A stretch of 62,144 nt of DNA, the filler included, from Globobulimina sp. (Eukaryota): NCBI GenBank assembly GCA_003354225.1. It is 24 parts of 24 records of this genome, joined end to end, with 100 filler letters (N's around TTAATTAATTAA, not from the genome) between each part and the next. Parts side by side here need not be neighbours in the genome. Positions count along the whole stretch, not along the records: positions 59,654 to 62,144 come from PIVH01006353.1; 23 more parts are not named here. One strand, 5' to 3'. A model generated the notes under the pieces. It searched no databases and was not told the DNA's origin. It worked only from the letters and a program-made list of their open reading frames with translations. This document shows, one piece after another, positions 60,121 to 62,144 of the stretch. The position numbers and the translations under genes are program-made. Within the stretch, counting starts at the first letter, position 1. Each line of letters starts with the position of its first letter.

Positions 60121-62144
60121 TTAAAATAAACCAGCAAATGGATCATTACTATTGTTATTGGTTTGTTTCTTTACATTGTTATTGCTTTTATTAAATCCCT
60201 GGAACATTTGTGTTGTATTATTGATACTTTGATTCATAAATTCAAAACTACTCTCATTATTATTACCAGTGCTCTTCAATCCTTTCTTCGTATCCTTCTT
60301 TACATTATGTCCTAAGCCAGCAAACGGATCTTCATCTTTCGAGAAATTTGTTTGCATTCCACCAAACATATCATTATTATCTACTCGACTTGAAAACATT
60401 GCCGCTTCTGTTTTACCATTCTCATCCTCATTATTCTCATTATCATCGTTCATAAATCCAAATGCCGAGGTTGCGGTCGATGCGGTCGATGCGGGCAATG
60501 TATTTGAACCGCTTCCAAATCCAACAAATCCCGTATTCTTTTTTATTTTACCTTTACTCCGCACTCTACGTTTTGGCTTATTATTATTCGCTACATTCGC
60601 ATCCTTATCATTCCCTGCAAATGGTTTCACTGTGCACGTGAATGGATTATCACTCTGCGTCTCATTTTTAACGCGAACATTACTATTCTTCATTGCAAAT
60701 AAATTATTTTCTTCATTATTATTACCATCCCATCCAAACGACTCTGTTTTATCATTTGTTGGCCCGATAACTGCAGATTTTGTACCATACACTGCCGGCA
60801 CAGACACCTCTCTTTTTTTCTTTTGCGGCGGTGCCTGTTCTGTTGGAGTTGGACCAGCATCAAACCCACAAAACCCACTGTTATCATCACCAATTTTGCC
60901 CCCAATATCAGCATTTTTCCTGTCTGACATTGCCACAAATCCATCATTGTTGCTGTCCTCCTCATTAACCTTAACCTTATCCTCCTTTTTCTCATCGTTG
61001 TGACTGTATCCGTAATCGTCATAAATCTCTTCATTTACTGCCGTATTTACCGCCGCTGCCACTTTTGTAATATCATTCGGTTTTGCTGCAAACGGATCAT
61101 CCATTTTTTGATGTTTTTCGCCAGTTTTGTGCGGATCGAACTCCTTTTCCAATATATCAGTCATACTCGAGGCAATGGGCGTTTCTTTAAACGATTTCAC
61201 CATTTTAGCGTTATCGCCTTTGCCTCGATTTATAGCGTTCACTTTGTACCGATCTATCTTATCAATCATATACCTCACACATTTTATAAATGTATTATAC
61301 TGCTTTAGATTCAGGTTTTCCTCCATTAATAAGGGTATAAGCTGTGGTAGAATCTCATTGGCGACGACCATCGGGTTCAGATGCTTTGCGATGGCATCAC
61401 ATACACCCAACACGCTCATCAATATGGCAGTTTCCTTCGTTTTCTTTAGTATTGAAAACACGCATTCATTCAATATAACTTTGATGATAGTCTCAGTATC
61501 AAATTTTTTGAATATCTTCGCCAGACACATCAGCACATTCACTCTCAATGGCGTTACTTTATGGTTCTGCGGCACAGATAAATGGCAGATTTCCTTCAAC
61601 TTTGGCAATATTTTAGTCTTTAAATCTCTCCATTCAATGTACTGCTTCTCCACAATAATCGGAATGTTTTTCAATACGTTGGTCTGTATAGCTACGTTCC
61701 TGACACTTAACGCAATTATATATGTATATTAATATGATTTATATTTGTGGCAACTGGCAACAATGTGACATATAAATCGTAAGTAAGTACCCTAAGCCCT
61801 TTAGAACCATAGGCATGAGTTGGTCCCTTCGACTGTTTACACTCGATTTAGAGCACAGCAATACGACATTGTCAATCAGCAAATAAAAGACCTGCGGCAA
61901 ATCCGTGCTGATGAAGTATCTCTGCAATATGGGCTCCACCAACTGTTGATACTCATTGCTGTCCAATAACTCTGTGATTTTTATCAATGAAGGAATCACA
62001 TTATTCACCATCCTCTAGTCTTGCAACTGGATCATTAGCGGTGGGATTACTTTGTGAATCAACGTTGGTTTATCGAACTGCGCTATCACCTGACAACCGA
62101 CCTACATATCACACATTGCATATTGCACAGATACTAAACTTCAG
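60121..62144 (-). CDS. SCY1-like pseudokinase 2 (SCYL2/CVAK104) HEAT region and disordered tail (5' partial, spliced)
   Basis: ILPKL...RVNVLMCLAKI...VANEILPQLIPLLMEENLNLKQY; DPF/NPF motifs in the tail. Confidence 0.75.

Noticed and set aside
60269-61732. Long plus-strand ORFs (244 and 201 aa), like many other short overlapping ORFs in the track
   Set aside because: Antisense shadows of the SCYL2-like gene; no independent motifs.

Overview
This window is not one locus. It is 24 unrelated contigs of about 2.49 kb, sorted by decreasing length and joined by 100-nt N/TTAATTAATTAA/N linkers, so neighbourhood across linkers is meaningless. The DNA is AT-rich and eukaryotic, uses the standard code, and has short (54-79 nt) GT-AG introns, often with degenerate GTT donors. 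Gene-family style suggests a foraminiferan/rhizarian single-cell or metagenomic assembly (inference). Recognisable genes: cytoplasmic dynein intermediate chain, CLK/LAMMER kinase, NCA2, SCYL2-like, saccharopine dehydrogenase, SLC35A transporter, neuferricin/CYB5D2, a dimethylglycine dehydrogenase/PDPR-like flavoprotein and a C45 peptidase. Mobile DNA: a decayed tyrosine-recombinase retrotransposon (DIRS/Ngaro-like), a frameshifted Ty3/Gypsy-type integrase, several MITE-like inverted repeats and a dispersed ~205-bp fold-back palindrome. The main lead is two homologous proteins on independent contigs with a toxin-like ADP-ribosyltransferase core showing an unusual H-S-ExE triad; one is spliced to a UBA domain. 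Other leads are a tandem double-RPA3 OB-fold gene flanked by 9-bp arrays, and unusual fusions (MIF4G-PITH-Not4 RRM, RWD-RapZ-C, MATH-SET, WW-UBA-PDZ). All domain calls are by-eye motif recognition, not database searches.
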